In this document: one piece after another, positions 18,356-27,580 of the stretch
How positions within the stretch are numbered: the first letter of the stretch is position 1
Layout: each line of letters starts with the position of its first letter
Source: Deltaproteobacteria bacterium
GTDB taxonomy: Bacteria; Myxococcota_A; UBA9160; UBA6930
Direction: 5' to 3'
Length of the DNA: 64,000 bases
Assembly (NCBI GenBank): GCA_019312665.1
Contig: JAFDCZ010000012.1
Coordinates: forward strand, 6,615 to 70,614
The notes under the pieces: generated by a model
Told to the model about the DNA's origin: nothing
The model's database searches: none
The model's input: only the letters and a program-made list of their open reading frames with translations
Program-made: the position numbers and the translations under genes

Positions 18356-19882
18356 TCAGCCGCCGACGGGATGGTTCGCTGTGGCCTTCGCACGTCGCTC
18401 CTGAGGCGATTCCGGGCTGCAGACACCTTTCGGGCAGAACGCGACCTTGAACACTTCTGCCGCAAGCTGACTTCCGCTCATCCAGAAGAGTGGCCCCTGC
18501 ACCGCAACCGTTGCGACCGCGATGCGCGGGGCCTCGGCCGGCGCGACCCCGATGAACCACTCGTAGCGGCCCTTCGGATTGGTCCCGTTCAAGCTGCCTG
18601 TCTTTCCTGCAACGTTGACCCCTTTGAGAAGCGGATGCCCGCGACGGGTTCGGAAGGCCTTGCGAGCCGTACCTCGGCGGGTCGTATCGACGAGCATCTT
18701 GCGGAGATCGCTTGCCAGGCCAGACGTCAGGACACGAACCGGGGCCGGCGACGGCCCGAGCGGCACCAGGGCGCCGTCCTCTGCTTCGATTCGAGCGACC
18801 CAGCGCGGCTGAAGCTTGTTGCCGTGTGCTAGCACGCCCGCAAGCTGGACCGCGTGAAGCGGCGTGATGCGCAGCCCGTCGAGCCCCGAACCGAGCTCCC
18901 CGAGCTCCAGTCGATCCTCGGCGCTTGTGGTGATCTGACCTGCCACATGGTACTTGGCCGGCGGAGACAGGAAGCCGAAGCGATCGATGGCCCGCACCAG
19001 GCTGTCCCGGCCGATGCGGTGTACGGCGTACTGGGCAAAGCATTTGTTGTTCGACGTTACCAACGCTTTGCGAAAGCCGACCTCGTTGCCACCGCGCTTG
19101 GGCGGATCGAGGTGACGACGCCGCAGGCGATAGGGATCCCCGGCGAAGTGGCAGATCTCCTGGGCAGCGGAGGGTCGTTTGTCGAGCAGCGCCGCCGCCG
19201 TGACGACCTTCACCAACGACGCCGCCGGATAGGCTCTGCCAGGCGGAAAGCGCTCAGGATCGGTGGAGACATAGGCCAACATCTCCCCGGTCTGAGCGTC
19301 CATCACCAGCACGTGCCCAAGCTCGACCCGCCCTCGGTCGAGCACCTTCCAGATCTTCCGCGTCAGATCGCGATCGAGGGTGTACTCGACACGCAGTTTC
19401 CCCGGCAGAGGCGAGGCCTCCAGCCGACCGCGTGCGACCGGCGGCTCCAGGGCTTCCTGCGGGACTGCGGAAAGCTCGAGCGGAGGCGGCTTCGAGGCGA
19501 CCGGCGGAGACTCGGCTGCCGCGGGAGGCGTTGCCTCGGGTTCACCGGATGGGCCGAACCCGATGCTGAACGCAACGCCCAGCAACAGCAGCAGGCTGGC
19601 GGCCGCAATCGTGAGCCGACCCCGAAGCGTCATCCTGCGGTGGCTTCCGGAACGCGCCTGCGCCGTTCGAGAGGCCTTGGCGAGCCTCTCGCTCGCGACC
19701 TCCCTTGTGCGCGCCAGCCAGCGCGCCCAGGGCTTGCGTCGACGCGTTCGGGTAAAGAACGGACGCGGCCCGGGCTGCTCATTTCCCCCCTGCATCGCCG
19801 ATGGGTCTCCTTCTCGTCCAGTTCGCGCGCTGCGGTTCCTGCTGGTTCCGCGGACGAGCCTTCCTTGTTCATCGGCACACAC
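18356..19882 (-). CDS. Penicillin-binding protein, transpeptidase domain
   Basis: The product has SxxK (ASLVK), SNN and KTGS motifs and an N-terminal TM anchor after an Arg-rich segment. The start is uncertain, and ATG 19795 is also possible. Confidence 0.75.
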   Translation of the reverse strand: MCADEQGRLVRGTSRNRSARTGREGDPSAMQGGNEQPGPRPFFTRTRRRKPWARWLARTREVASERLAKASRTAQARSGSHRRMTLRGRLTIAAASLLLLLGVAFSIGFGPSGEPEATPPAAAESPPVASKPPPLELSAVPQEALEPPVARGRLEASPLPGKLRVEYTLDRDLTRKIWKVLDRGRVELGHVLVMDAQTGEMLAYVSTDPERFPPGRAYPAASLVKVVTAAALLDKRPSAAQEICHFAGDPYRLRRRHLDPPKRGGNEVGFRKALVTSNNKCFAQYAVHRIGRDSLVRAIDRFGFLSPPAKYHVAGQITTSAEDRLELGELGSGLDGLRITPLHAVQLAGVLAHGNKLQPRWVARIEAEDGALVPLGPSPAPVRVLTSGLASDLRKMLVDTTRRGTARKAFRTRRGHPLLKGVNVAGKTGSLNGTNPKGRYEWFIGVAPAEAPRIAVATVAVQGPLFWMSGSQLAAEVFKVAFCPKGVCSPESPQERRAKATANHPVGG

Positions 19883-19928
19883 ATTGGGGGGAAGGTGTGC
19901 CTGGGCTCACGGGTCTAGCGGGGTCCTG

Positions 19929-20501
19929 TCAAACCTGAACCACGCGCTCGACCTCGGGAACGACCTCCTTCAGCCGCCCCTCGATTCCAAACCGCAGAGT
20001 CGCCGTGGCGCTCGGACAGCCCACACACGAGCCCTGCAACATCACGCTGACCGTGCCTTCTTCGAAGCCGATGAAAACGACGTCACCGCCGTCCATCGCA
20101 ACCGCCGGTCGGATCTCATTCTCGATCACGGCCTTGATGCGCTCCTCGACCTCACCGCCTGCTCCGGCTGCGGTTGCCTCGAAGGCCGGACCAAGCGCGT
20201 CCTCACCGCTCGCTGCGAAGGCCTTGATCGCATCGACGACCGGCTGCGCGAGATCCGTCCACTCGGGCTCCGACTGCTTCGTGACGGTGACGAAGTTCGA
20301 ACCGATGAGCACGCCCACCACTCCGGGAACAGCGAACAGCGCTGCGGCCAGAGGGGAAACCTGCTCATCGACCGCCTCACGAAAATGGGCCGTGACACCT
20401 GCCGGCGCCAGCTCCGCGGAGAGCATCCACTTGATGCTCTCCGGGTTTGGCGTGCGTTCGGCATGCATCCGGAATCCGAGTCCGGGGCTGGCGACGGTCA
20501 T
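19929..20501 (-). CDS. NifU/Nfu family Fe-S cluster assembly protein (Nfu_N + NifU C-terminal domain)
   Basis: The product has TPNPESIKW (Nfu_N) and a C-terminal GSCVGCPSA CxxC motif. An alternative start is at 20468. Confidence 0.8.
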   Translation of the reverse strand: MTVASPGLGFRMHAERTPNPESIKWMLSAELAPAGVTAHFREAVDEQVSPLAAALFAVPGVVGVLIGSNFVTVTKQSEPEWTDLAQPVVDAIKAFAASGEDALGPAFEATAAGAGGEVEERIKAVIENEIRPAVAMDGGDVVFIGFEEGTVSVMLQGSCVGCPSATATLRFGIEGRLKEVVPEVERVVQV

Positions 20502-20585
20502 GAGGGATGTCCTTGCGGGGGGCCCCCTTAGCGTAGGGAGAAGGGCACCGTTTCACACGTCGCCCTTCGATCCGCAAGCCTCGGG

Positions 20586-21344
20586 CTATGAGAACAGGTC
20601 GGATTCCAGGCTCTCGAGGCGAAGCACCTGATGGCCTTGGGATCGGGCTGCCCGGACCTCCCGCTCTCCGTTGTAGCCCCAGCTGGCCAGGGCGCAGCGC
20701 ACTCCCAACGAGGCGACGGAGGCCAGATGGTTCAACTTGTCGTCCACGAACGTGATATCGGAGAACGCCACACCCGTGCGACCCGCCAGCGCCTCGAGGT
20801 GAGCCCGCTTGCTGCGCCCCGCCTCCTTGTCGAGCACCCGTTCCGGCGGAAAGAGGCTGGCGATGCCGTAACGCACCAACAACCGCTCGACCGAGGCGCG
20901 ATCCTTCGCGGTGGCGATCGCCAGAATGACGTCGTTGGCGTGGCGCTTCAGAACGGGCAGGACTTCGGGGTAGGGGCTCATCTCGGCAAGCCAACCCTCG
21001 GGATCCTTTGCAGCCCAGGCCGAACGCACCTCGTAGAAGCGGGTGTGGAAGGCTGCCAGCTCGTCCGCATCCAAACTGGCATGGAAAGCATCATACGCAG
21101 CCTGATCCGGCAGGGGAACACCAGCATCCAGAGTCGCCAAAACAACCGCGAAGTCTTCGGCCCGATTGCCAAGGGGCATCCGGTCGACGAAAGCCGCGTA
21201 GAGATCCGGGGCCTCGGAGGCTCGAGCGATTTCCGGAAGTCCGCAAGCGGGCCGCAGCTCGCGAAAGCTGCGCAGGGCCACGACGAAGGCCTCTCGGGCC
21301 GAATCGGAAATCACCCCATCGAAATCGAGAGCGAGGAGCTTCAC
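20586..21344 (-). CDS. HAD-superfamily hydrolase (phosphoglycolate phosphatase-like)
   Basis: A LALDFDGVISDS motif I lies at the N-terminus and a VDDKLNH-type motif lies late in the protein. I chose the GTG 21344 start. The ORF extends to 21434. Confidence 0.7.
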   Translation of the reverse strand: MKLLALDFDGVISDSAREAFVVALRSFRELRPACGLPEIARASEAPDLYAAFVDRMPLGNRAEDFAVVLATLDAGVPLPDQAAYDAFHASLDADELAAFHTRFYEVRSAWAAKDPEGWLAEMSPYPEVLPVLKRHANDVILAIATAKDRASVERLLVRYGIASLFPPERVLDKEAGRSKRAHLEALAGRTGVAFSDITFVDDKLNHLASVASLGVRCALASWGYNGEREVRAARSQGHQVLRLESLESDLFS

Positions 21345-21525
21345 CTTTCGGCCTCGAAAAGTGCGACCCCATGGGTGTCCATCCTGGAAAGATCGAGAAG
21401 GGCCTGGCTCGGACACATGGGGATCCGTTAGCACGCAACGGGGCGAGGAACCCGCTGGCCTGCCCCCGCCTCGTGCCCTTCTCTCACGACGACCGGTCAG
21501 CCGGAGTGGCTACTCTCCGCGGGTC

Positions 21526-22512
21526 GTGGCTGGAATCCAAGGACGCACCAAACGCTGGCAGCGGATCTTGCCGTGGATCGTCTCGATCTCGGCGCTGGTC
21601 TACGTGTTCGGCTACGCGACGGATTGGGGGCGGCTCGTCGAAGCCACCCGCCAGGCGAACCTGCCGCTCTTCGTCCTGGTCACCTCGCTCGACAAGCTGG
21701 TGTTCTTCTTCGTCTGGGCCTGGCTGCAGGCGGAGGCCCTGAATCGGCTCGTCACACCCGTGCCTCGCCGCACCGTCCTTTCGATCCGAGCCGGCTCCGA
21801 ACTCTTCCGCGCAATCAGCAACCCGCTCGCGGATGCGGCGTTCCTCTTGGGCATCTCCCGCCTGACCGGCGGGCGGCTCGATGCCGTCGTGACCGTCGCC
21901 CTCGTTCCATTCGTCACCCACCTCATCATCCTGCTGCTTCAGCTCTCGGTCACACTTCCCTTTCTCCCGGGCGGGATCGAGGGCAACGAAATCGTGGTCA
22001 CCGCGGCGATCGTGGGCTGGGCCGTGATGGGCGCGATCGTGCTTGGCCTTCGCTTCGCACCGGCTGGCCGAATGCCCGGAGTGGCGAGAGCCCTGGCCTG
22101 GCTCGAGAGAGTCTCGATCCGGCAACTGATGCCGTTTCTCGTCTGGTTCGCGTTTCTAGCCGTGTTCGATGTGGTAATCCAGGGCGTCGCTACGCGCACC
22201 TTCGGTACGCCCATCCCTTGGATCACACTCGCCGGTCGCGTGCCTTTGCTCTACCTCGCGCTGGCGATTCCCTCCGTGGGGAACTTCGGGGTCCGAGAGT
22301 TCACCTGGGCCGAGCTCTACGCAGATTTCGGCGATCGGGATGCGCTGATTGCCTACGCGTTCGCGACCAATGCGATCTTCCTCGCATGGAACGTGCTGAT
22401 CGGCGTGTTCTTCCTTCGCCGGGCGATCGCGTTGGTCACCGAGGTTCGGCGCACACGTAAGAGTGGCGAGCCCGTGCCCGAGCCGATGCTCCACGACGCC
22501 TTGGACGGCTGA
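21526..22512 (+). CDS. Flippase-like / lysylphosphatidylglycerol-synthase TM-region family membrane protein (UPF0104)
   Basis: The product is a multi-pass membrane protein whose basic N-terminus (KRWQRILPWIVS) is typical of the family. The GTG 21526 start is inferred. Confidence 0.5.
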   Translation: MAGIQGRTKRWQRILPWIVSISALVYVFGYATDWGRLVEATRQANLPLFVLVTSLDKLVFFFVWAWLQAEALNRLVTPVPRRTVLSIRAGSELFRAISNPLADAAFLLGISRLTGGRLDAVVTVALVPFVTHLIILLLQLSVTLPFLPGGIEGNEIVVTAAIVGWAVMGAIVLGLRFAPAGRMPGVARALAWLERVSIRQLMPFLVWFAFLAVFDVVIQGVATRTFGTPIPWITLAGRVPLLYLALAIPSVGNFGVREFTWAELYADFGDRDALIAYAFATNAIFLAWNVLIGVFFLRRAIALVTEVRRTRKSGEPVPEPMLHDALDG

Positions 22513-22515
22513 GGC

Positions 22516-23079
22516 TCAGCCGCCTTCGCGTTGACTCTGCCGGTCCCCGCTCTGGTTGAGGATCTCGCGAGGGAACGCGTCCACCAGGAACTGGACGATG
22601 TCGCGCACCGAGACCACGAACGTTGGGCGACCTTTGCCATCCACGATCGGCACGTGGCGGAAGCCGCCGACGCTCATCTGATTCAACGTGTCGGCGATGG
22701 TCCCCTCTTCGTCCAGACATTCGGGGTCCGGCGTCATCACCTCGCTGAGGGCCAGGGTTGCCGGATTGCGGCCCCCATCGACCACGCGGAAGAGCACGTC
22801 GCGCTCGCTGAAGATGCCGATGATCGGGGTCCCGGGAGTCCCGTCTTCCGTAACGAGGACCACTCCCCGATGCTCGCCCTTCATCGCGCGGATGGCGTCC
22901 GTGACGGAGCTTGCCGGCCCCAGCACAACGGGTTTGCGTGCCGGCAGGATGCTGGCCGGCTCATGGAGGAGCCGGGTATCGAAGCCGCGGTCAACTGGCC
23001 CACGGCCCTTCAGGGAATCAAAATACGCCTCATCCTGATCTTCGATGCCATCGGAGAAGCCGTTGCGATCGCGCGGCAT
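22516..23079 (-). CDS. CBS domain pair protein
   Basis: There are two CBS-like units (VTDAIRAM...GVVLV...GIFSERDV and IADTLNQM...HVPIVD...VSVRDIV). Confidence 0.8.
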   Translation of the reverse strand: MPRDRNGFSDGIEDQDEAYFDSLKGRGPVDRGFDTRLLHEPASILPARKPVVLGPASSVTDAIRAMKGEHRGVVLVTEDGTPGTPIIGIFSERDVLFRVVDGGRNPATLALSEVMTPDPECLDEEGTIADTLNQMSVGGFRHVPIVDGKGRPTFVVSVRDIVQFLVDAFPREILNQSGDRQSQREGG

Positions 23080-23135
23080 GGGAATGCCCTCCCGGGGTTT
23101 GGGGCGTCTGAGAGGATACCATGCCTGGGCGGGGT

Positions 23136-23753
23136 TCAGCGAATGGCCCGGATCTCGACCTGGGGCCCACCTGGGGAAAACCCCAACCCCTTGCCGACGC
23201 GTTCCAGGAGGCCTGATACGTCGGAGTGAAGCTCCTCGGGGCGCATGGCCCGAGCGATTCGCCCCGAAGGCAGGCTGCGGCCGAGTTGGCTGGCAATAGG
23301 CCCTCTGGGACCCAGCAATCGTTTGGCGTCCAGGCGTTCCAGCGCGGCCTCATCCCCTGGCTCTGGCGCGTGAGCGTGCATCAGGCTTTCGAGCAGGGCG
23401 GTTTCGGCTGAATCGAGACGCAGTGCCCGACGGATTGCGCTCGGGGCGAGCAGATAGCTCTCGATGTGCCTGCGGCCCCACGAGAAGGTCTGGAGGCCGT
23501 CTCCCTCGGTGAACCGAAGTGCCTCGGCGTCACGGTCGAGCACGCAGAGCCCCCGCGCGTCGGGTTCGACCTCGCGAAGCTCATCCAGGTGTTGGCGCGC
23601 ACGTTCGGGTCGTCGGCCCCCAAGGATCACGAGGACGCCAGCCAATGCCTTCGACATGGGCGGCGACATCCCTCGCGCCCATCCACGCAAGATCTCGCCG
23701 TCGCGTGCGCCCTCGACATAGACGACGAATGGGCTTGCAACACGAATCGACAC
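23136..23753 (-). CDS. Toprim-like DUF4435-type protein (AriB/OLD-nuclease-like), orphan
   Basis: The motif order is VYVEGARD ... LCVLDRD ... RRHIESYLL, which matches the E-G / DxD / IE(N/S)YL pattern I associate with DUF4435 Toprim domains. No ATPase partner is adjacent. Confidence 0.45.
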   Translation of the reverse strand: MSIRVASPFVVYVEGARDGEILRGWARGMSPPMSKALAGVLVILGGRRPERARQHLDELREVEPDARGLCVLDRDAEALRFTEGDGLQTFSWGRRHIESYLLAPSAIRRALRLDSAETALLESLMHAHAPEPGDEAALERLDAKRLLGPRGPIASQLGRSLPSGRIARAMRPEELHSDVSGLLERVGKGLGFSPGGPQVEIRAIR

Positions 23754-23869
23754 ACGACCTCCGAATGACGTGCAGCGGCAAAAAATCAGCGTACACCGCA
23801 GATGTGGCCATTGTCACGAAACCCAAGAAGGGTCTAACCTGTACTTGGAAGCAGAAGGAGGGTATCCCC

Positions 23870-24511
23870 TTGATCGGTGCCGTGATCGCAGATGACCATG
23901 CCATCGTCCGAGAGGGCTTACGGCGTCTCCTCGAGGCTGAGGACGATATCGAGGTCTTTTCCGAGGCCTCGGATGGCCGCGAAGTTCTCGAGGAGGTGGA
24001 GAAGCATCGACCCCAGGTGGTGATCCTCGATATCTCGATGCCCAACCTGGGCGGTCTCGAAACCCTCGAGCGGCTCCGCAATGTCCATCCGGACGTCAAG
24101 GTCATCCTGCTCTCGGTCCACGCGGACCCGCCCTACATCCAGAGCGCGGTGAACCTCGGTGCAGACGGCTACGTGCTGAAGAACGGCCGTGTCAATGAAG
24201 TGGTCACCGCAGTGCGGGCGGTCGTCAAAGGCGGCAGTTACTTCAGCCCGCCGGTCGCCAAAGAGATCGTTGAGCAGCTTCGCGCGCCCAATCGAGGCGT
24301 CGCCGAACCCTTCTCCGTGCTGTCCACACGGGAACGCGAAGTTCTGTAACTGATTGCCGAAGGCCTGCCGGCGAAGGAAGTAGCCAGCGAGCTTGGCATC
24401 AGCACCAAGACCGTCGAAGCCCACCGCACCAGCGTCATGCGCAAGCTCGGCGCCCGAAAAGCCACGGAGCTCGTTCGCTACGCCCTCCGCCACGGCCTCA
24501 TCGAACCCTGA
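23870..24511 (+). pseudogene. NarL/FixJ (LuxR-type HTH) response regulator interrupted by in-frame TAA
   Basis: The TTG start is preceded by AGGAGG. A REC domain (DDH...ILDISMP...K) is present. The in-frame TAA at 24347-24349 lies between REREVL and LIAEG, and the same frame continues through the full HTH to the TGA at 24509-24511. Confidence 0.8.
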
Positions 24512-24531
24512 CCGCCTCTCCTGTGTTGCGA

Positions 24532-25704
24532 TCAGAGCGTCAGGATTGCAAGCGCTTCGATGTGCGGGGTCTGGGGAAAGAGATCGAAGGCGGTGAGGGC
24601 CGATAGCCGGTAGCCGCGTTCTGTAAGAATGCGAAGGTCGCGGGCTAGCGTGGCGGGATCGCAGGAGACGTAGACGATGCGCTCGGCCCCGAGCGCAGCC
24701 AACGCCTCCGGGCCACCCTTGGGGAGGCCTGTACGGGGCGGATCCAGAAGCACGACATCCGGCCGCGGACCTCGGGGATCGGCCAGATAGTCTTCCGTGG
24801 GAATCGGGTGGATGGCAACGTCGGCGGGCACGTCGGCAGCGCTGAGGTTGTGGCCGAGGTCGCGGGCCGCTCGCCGATTGGACTCGACGGCCGTGACCTG
24901 GGCGAACGCACGACCGAGGCCTAGCGTGAAGAAGCCCGCGCCCGCGTAGAGTTCCAGCACCCGCTCGCCTCGGCCACAGGCCTCGCCGACGGCCTGTGCG
25001 AGCTGGCCGCGAAGCGCCGCGTTTGCCTGGAAGAACACGCCTGGCCCAATACGAAGGGGATCCTCTCCGACTCGCAAGTGGATCGCACTGGCCTTGGCAC
25101 CCGGACCATCGACGCGAATGGAAACCTCCCCGCCGTCTCCAACCGCCAACAGCCACTCCGCCTCGCCCTCGGGCGGAGCCTGCGCCAGGTTGCCGAGCAC
25201 CGCGTTCAACTCGGGCACGAGCACAGGACAAGCCTGGGTCCCGCAGACCTCGTGAGAACGCATGCGACGGAACCCGACCTCTCCCGCCTGGGCGAACACC
25301 CGTGCACGGCTCCGATATCCGAGCTCGGTGGCCGACCGGACGGGAATCTCCGCAGGGGACGTGAGCCCGGCGATCCGTTCGATCGCATCTCTCAGGATGC
25401 CCGCCTTGGCGGCGAGCTGCGCGGGGTAGTCGATGTGTTGCCAGGCGCAGCCGCCGCATTCCCCGGCGATCGGGCAAGGCGGAGAACGCCGATCCGGACT
25501 GGGACGCAGCACCTCGGAAACCTCGCCGCGTGCGAAGCGCTTGCGCTCCTCAGTGAGGCGCACCAGCACCTGGTCGCCTGGCGCGGTCCAGGGCACGAAC
25601 ACGACGCGCCCATCGGCCAGGCGGCCCACACCATCTCCCCCGGCGGCCAGGGAATCGATCTCGACGACGACAGGCGGGGTTTCAGTTGCCACTTGGATCT
25701 CCAA
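24532..25704 (-). CDS. TRAM-domain 23S rRNA (uracil-5)-methyltransferase family (RumA/RlmD-like)
   Basis: An N-terminal TRAM-like beta barrel, a Cys cluster (CPIAGECGGCAWQH) and a SAM-MTase core (LELYAGAGFF, DPPRTG, YVSCDP) are present. The start is TTG 25704 or GTG 25692. Confidence 0.8.
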   Translation of the reverse strand: MEIQVATETPPVVVEIDSLAAGGDGVGRLADGRVVFVPWTAPGDQVLVRLTEERKRFARGEVSEVLRPSPDRRSPPCPIAGECGGCAWQHIDYPAQLAAKAGILRDAIERIAGLTSPAEIPVRSATELGYRSRARVFAQAGEVGFRRMRSHEVCGTQACPVLVPELNAVLGNLAQAPPEGEAEWLLAVGDGGEVSIRVDGPGAKASAIHLRVGEDPLRIGPGVFFQANAALRGQLAQAVGEACGRGERVLELYAGAGFFTLGLGRAFAQVTAVESNRRAARDLGHNLSAADVPADVAIHPIPTEDYLADPRGPRPDVVLLDPPRTGLPKGGPEALAALGAERIVYVSCDPATLARDLRILTERGYRLSALTAFDLFPQTPHIEALAILTL

Positions 25705-27580
25705 AACCGGCCTCGACCAGGCGCGCGCGAAGGGCGCTTTCGGGCTCGAGGAGCCTTCGCAATGCCAAGACGGCCGGCCGGTTGGCTCGCGCCCGCGGGA
25801 TGACGAAATCGTAGTGCTCGGCTTGCAAGGGCCGAAAGCGCAAGCCCGTCTGCTCCGCGATGGGCGCGATGGTCACGCCCCAGTCCGCACGCTTCTGGGC
25901 GACGGCTGCTGCCACGGCGTAGTGGGAGCGCGGTTCGTAGGCATGGCCCGGAGGACGCCTGTCTCCGAGCAGAGCATCGATCAGCACCCGGGTGCCAGCG
26001 CCTCGGTTGCGATTCACCATCCGCAGCGTTCCATCGGCCAGCAGCGCTTCGACGTCTCGAGTCTCGTCGGAACGGGTCACCACGCCCTGCATTCGCGTAT
26101 ACCCCGGCAAGAGTTCCAGATCGCCGTCCAGGAACGGCTCATTGTAGGTACCGCTCTCCGGGTCGAGAAGATGCACCGGCGCCACGTCGCATTCGCCGCG
26201 CCGCGCGGCTTCGAGCCCGCCCTGGCTGCCCACCGCCATCAGCTTGATCTTGAAGCCCTCGGCCGAAAGCGCCGACGCGAGCAGGTCGAGCCCGGAGCAG
26301 TGGCTGCCGATCACGACCAGGTCGGCCAAGGACGGCTCGCGGCCGATCCGCGTCACTTCGACCAGGGCGTCTGCTTCGACGATCTCCGTGTTTCGTCCAA
26401 CCCGCACGAAGCCGTCGGCCCGGCTGAATGCGGTGACCGACCCGCTGCCCTTGCCCATCGGGTAGGCCGCCAGCTTTCCGTCGGGGCCCGGTACCAGGCC
26501 GACCAGCAGGTACTCGAGACGCCCGCGCTCGGATTGCACCCGCATGGCAAGGCGCGCCGTCAGCGTCTCTCGATGATCGCGTGGGACCCCCGCCATCTCC
26601 CGGAGCACCGGGGCGACGAACTCGTGGAACGTGAAGACCGCGGATGTGGGGAACCCGGGCAGGATGACGACCGGCTTGTCCCCGGAAGCTGCGAGGCAGA
26701 TCGGTTTGCCGGGCTTGAGTGCAACGCCGTGCACGAGAATCCCCGGCGACAGATCGGCGATGACCTGCGCGTTTAGATCCCCCTCCCCTTTGGACGTTCC
26801 GCCGGAAAGCAACACGAGATCGGCCGAAGCCAATGCCTCTGCAACCGCCGCCCGCAAGGCAACCACGTCATCGCGAAATGCACCCATGAAGAGAGGCTCG
26901 CCCCCGAGCTCCCGCACCGCGTCCGCCAGAATGCGTCCGTTGCTGTCGAATACCAGCCCGGGGCGCATGGCTTCGCCCGGCTGCACGATCTCATCGCCGG
27001 TCGAGAGGATGGCGACGCGAGGCCTGCCCACCACCGCCACCCGTTCCCTGCCGATCGCCGCCAGGACGCCCGTCTCCCGGGAGGAAAGCCGCGCGCCCGC
27101 AAACAGCACTGTCTCCCCCATGCCCATATCGGTGCCGGCGAAGGCCACCGCGCCGCCCGGCACCCGCGGCCGCCGGACGATCAGCTCAGCTCCCTCGACA
27201 TCGGTGTGTTCGACCGGCACGACCGCATCCGCGCCGCGCGGCAACATGCCGCCGGTGGCGATCGGAGTCGCGGTGCCCTCCTCCACTTCCAGCTGCGGCG
27301 CCACTCCAGTGGGGATGGTCTCCGCGTTCAGGTGGAGCCGTCGCGGTTCTTCTTCGGATGCGCCGAAGGTGTCGCGGGCGCGAACCGCGAAGCCGTCCAT
27401 GTTGGAGCGATCGAAGCCGGGCACGTCCACGGCCGCTCTCACGTCTTCGGCGAGCACCCGGCCGAGTGCTTCATCGAGCGGGATTTCCTCAGCGGAAGCC
27501 GCAACCACGCGAATGGCTTGACGCCAACGCCGCTCCGCTTCGTCCCGATCCAGGACCTCGAGAAATTGTTGCTGCTTCAC
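25682..27580 (-). CDS. moeA: MoeA (molybdopterin molybdenum/tungsten transferase) fused to a periplasmic-binding-protein-like domain
   Basis: MoeA motifs are present (GRVLAEDV, SNMDGFAV, LSGGTSKGEGD, PGKP). The C-terminal 230 aa or so form a PBP-like domain (VIGSHCSGLD...). The GTG start overlaps the upstream stop (GTGA at 27577-27580). Confidence 0.8.
   Translation of the reverse strand: MKQQQFLEVLDRDEAERRWRQAIRVVAASAEEIPLDEALGRVLAEDVRAAVDVPGFDRSNMDGFAVRARDTFGASEEEPRRLHLNAETIPTGVAPQLEVEEGTATPIATGGMLPRGADAVVPVEHTDVEGAELIVRRPRVPGGAVAFAGTDMGMGETVLFAGARLSSRETGVLAAIGRERVAVVGRPRVAILSTGDEIVQPGEAMRPGLVFDSNGRILADAVRELGGEPLFMGAFRDDVVALRAAVAEALASADLVLLSGGTSKGEGDLNAQVIADLSPGILVHGVALKPGKPICLAASGDKPVVILPGFPTSAVFTFHEFVAPVLREMAGVPRDHRETLTARLAMRVQSERGRLEYLLVGLVPGPDGKLAAYPMGKGSGSVTAFSRADGFVRVGRNTEIVEADALVEVTRIGREPSLADLVVIGSHCSGLDLLASALSAEGFKIKLMAVGSQGGLEAARRGECDVAPVHLLDPESGTYNEPFLDGDLELLPGYTRMQGVVTRSDETRDVEALLADGTLRMVNRNRGAGTRVLIDALLGDRRPPGHAYEPRSHYAVAAAVAQKRADWGVTIAPIAEQTGLRFRPLQAEHYDFVIPRARANRPAVLALRRLLEPESALRARLVEAGFGDPSGN

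Noticed and set aside
23918-25477. A 519-aa minus-strand ORF overlaps the response regulator and the methyltransferase gene.
   Set aside because: The product is extremely Arg/Gly/Pro-rich. It crosses two recognisable genes in other frames, so it is a GC artefact.
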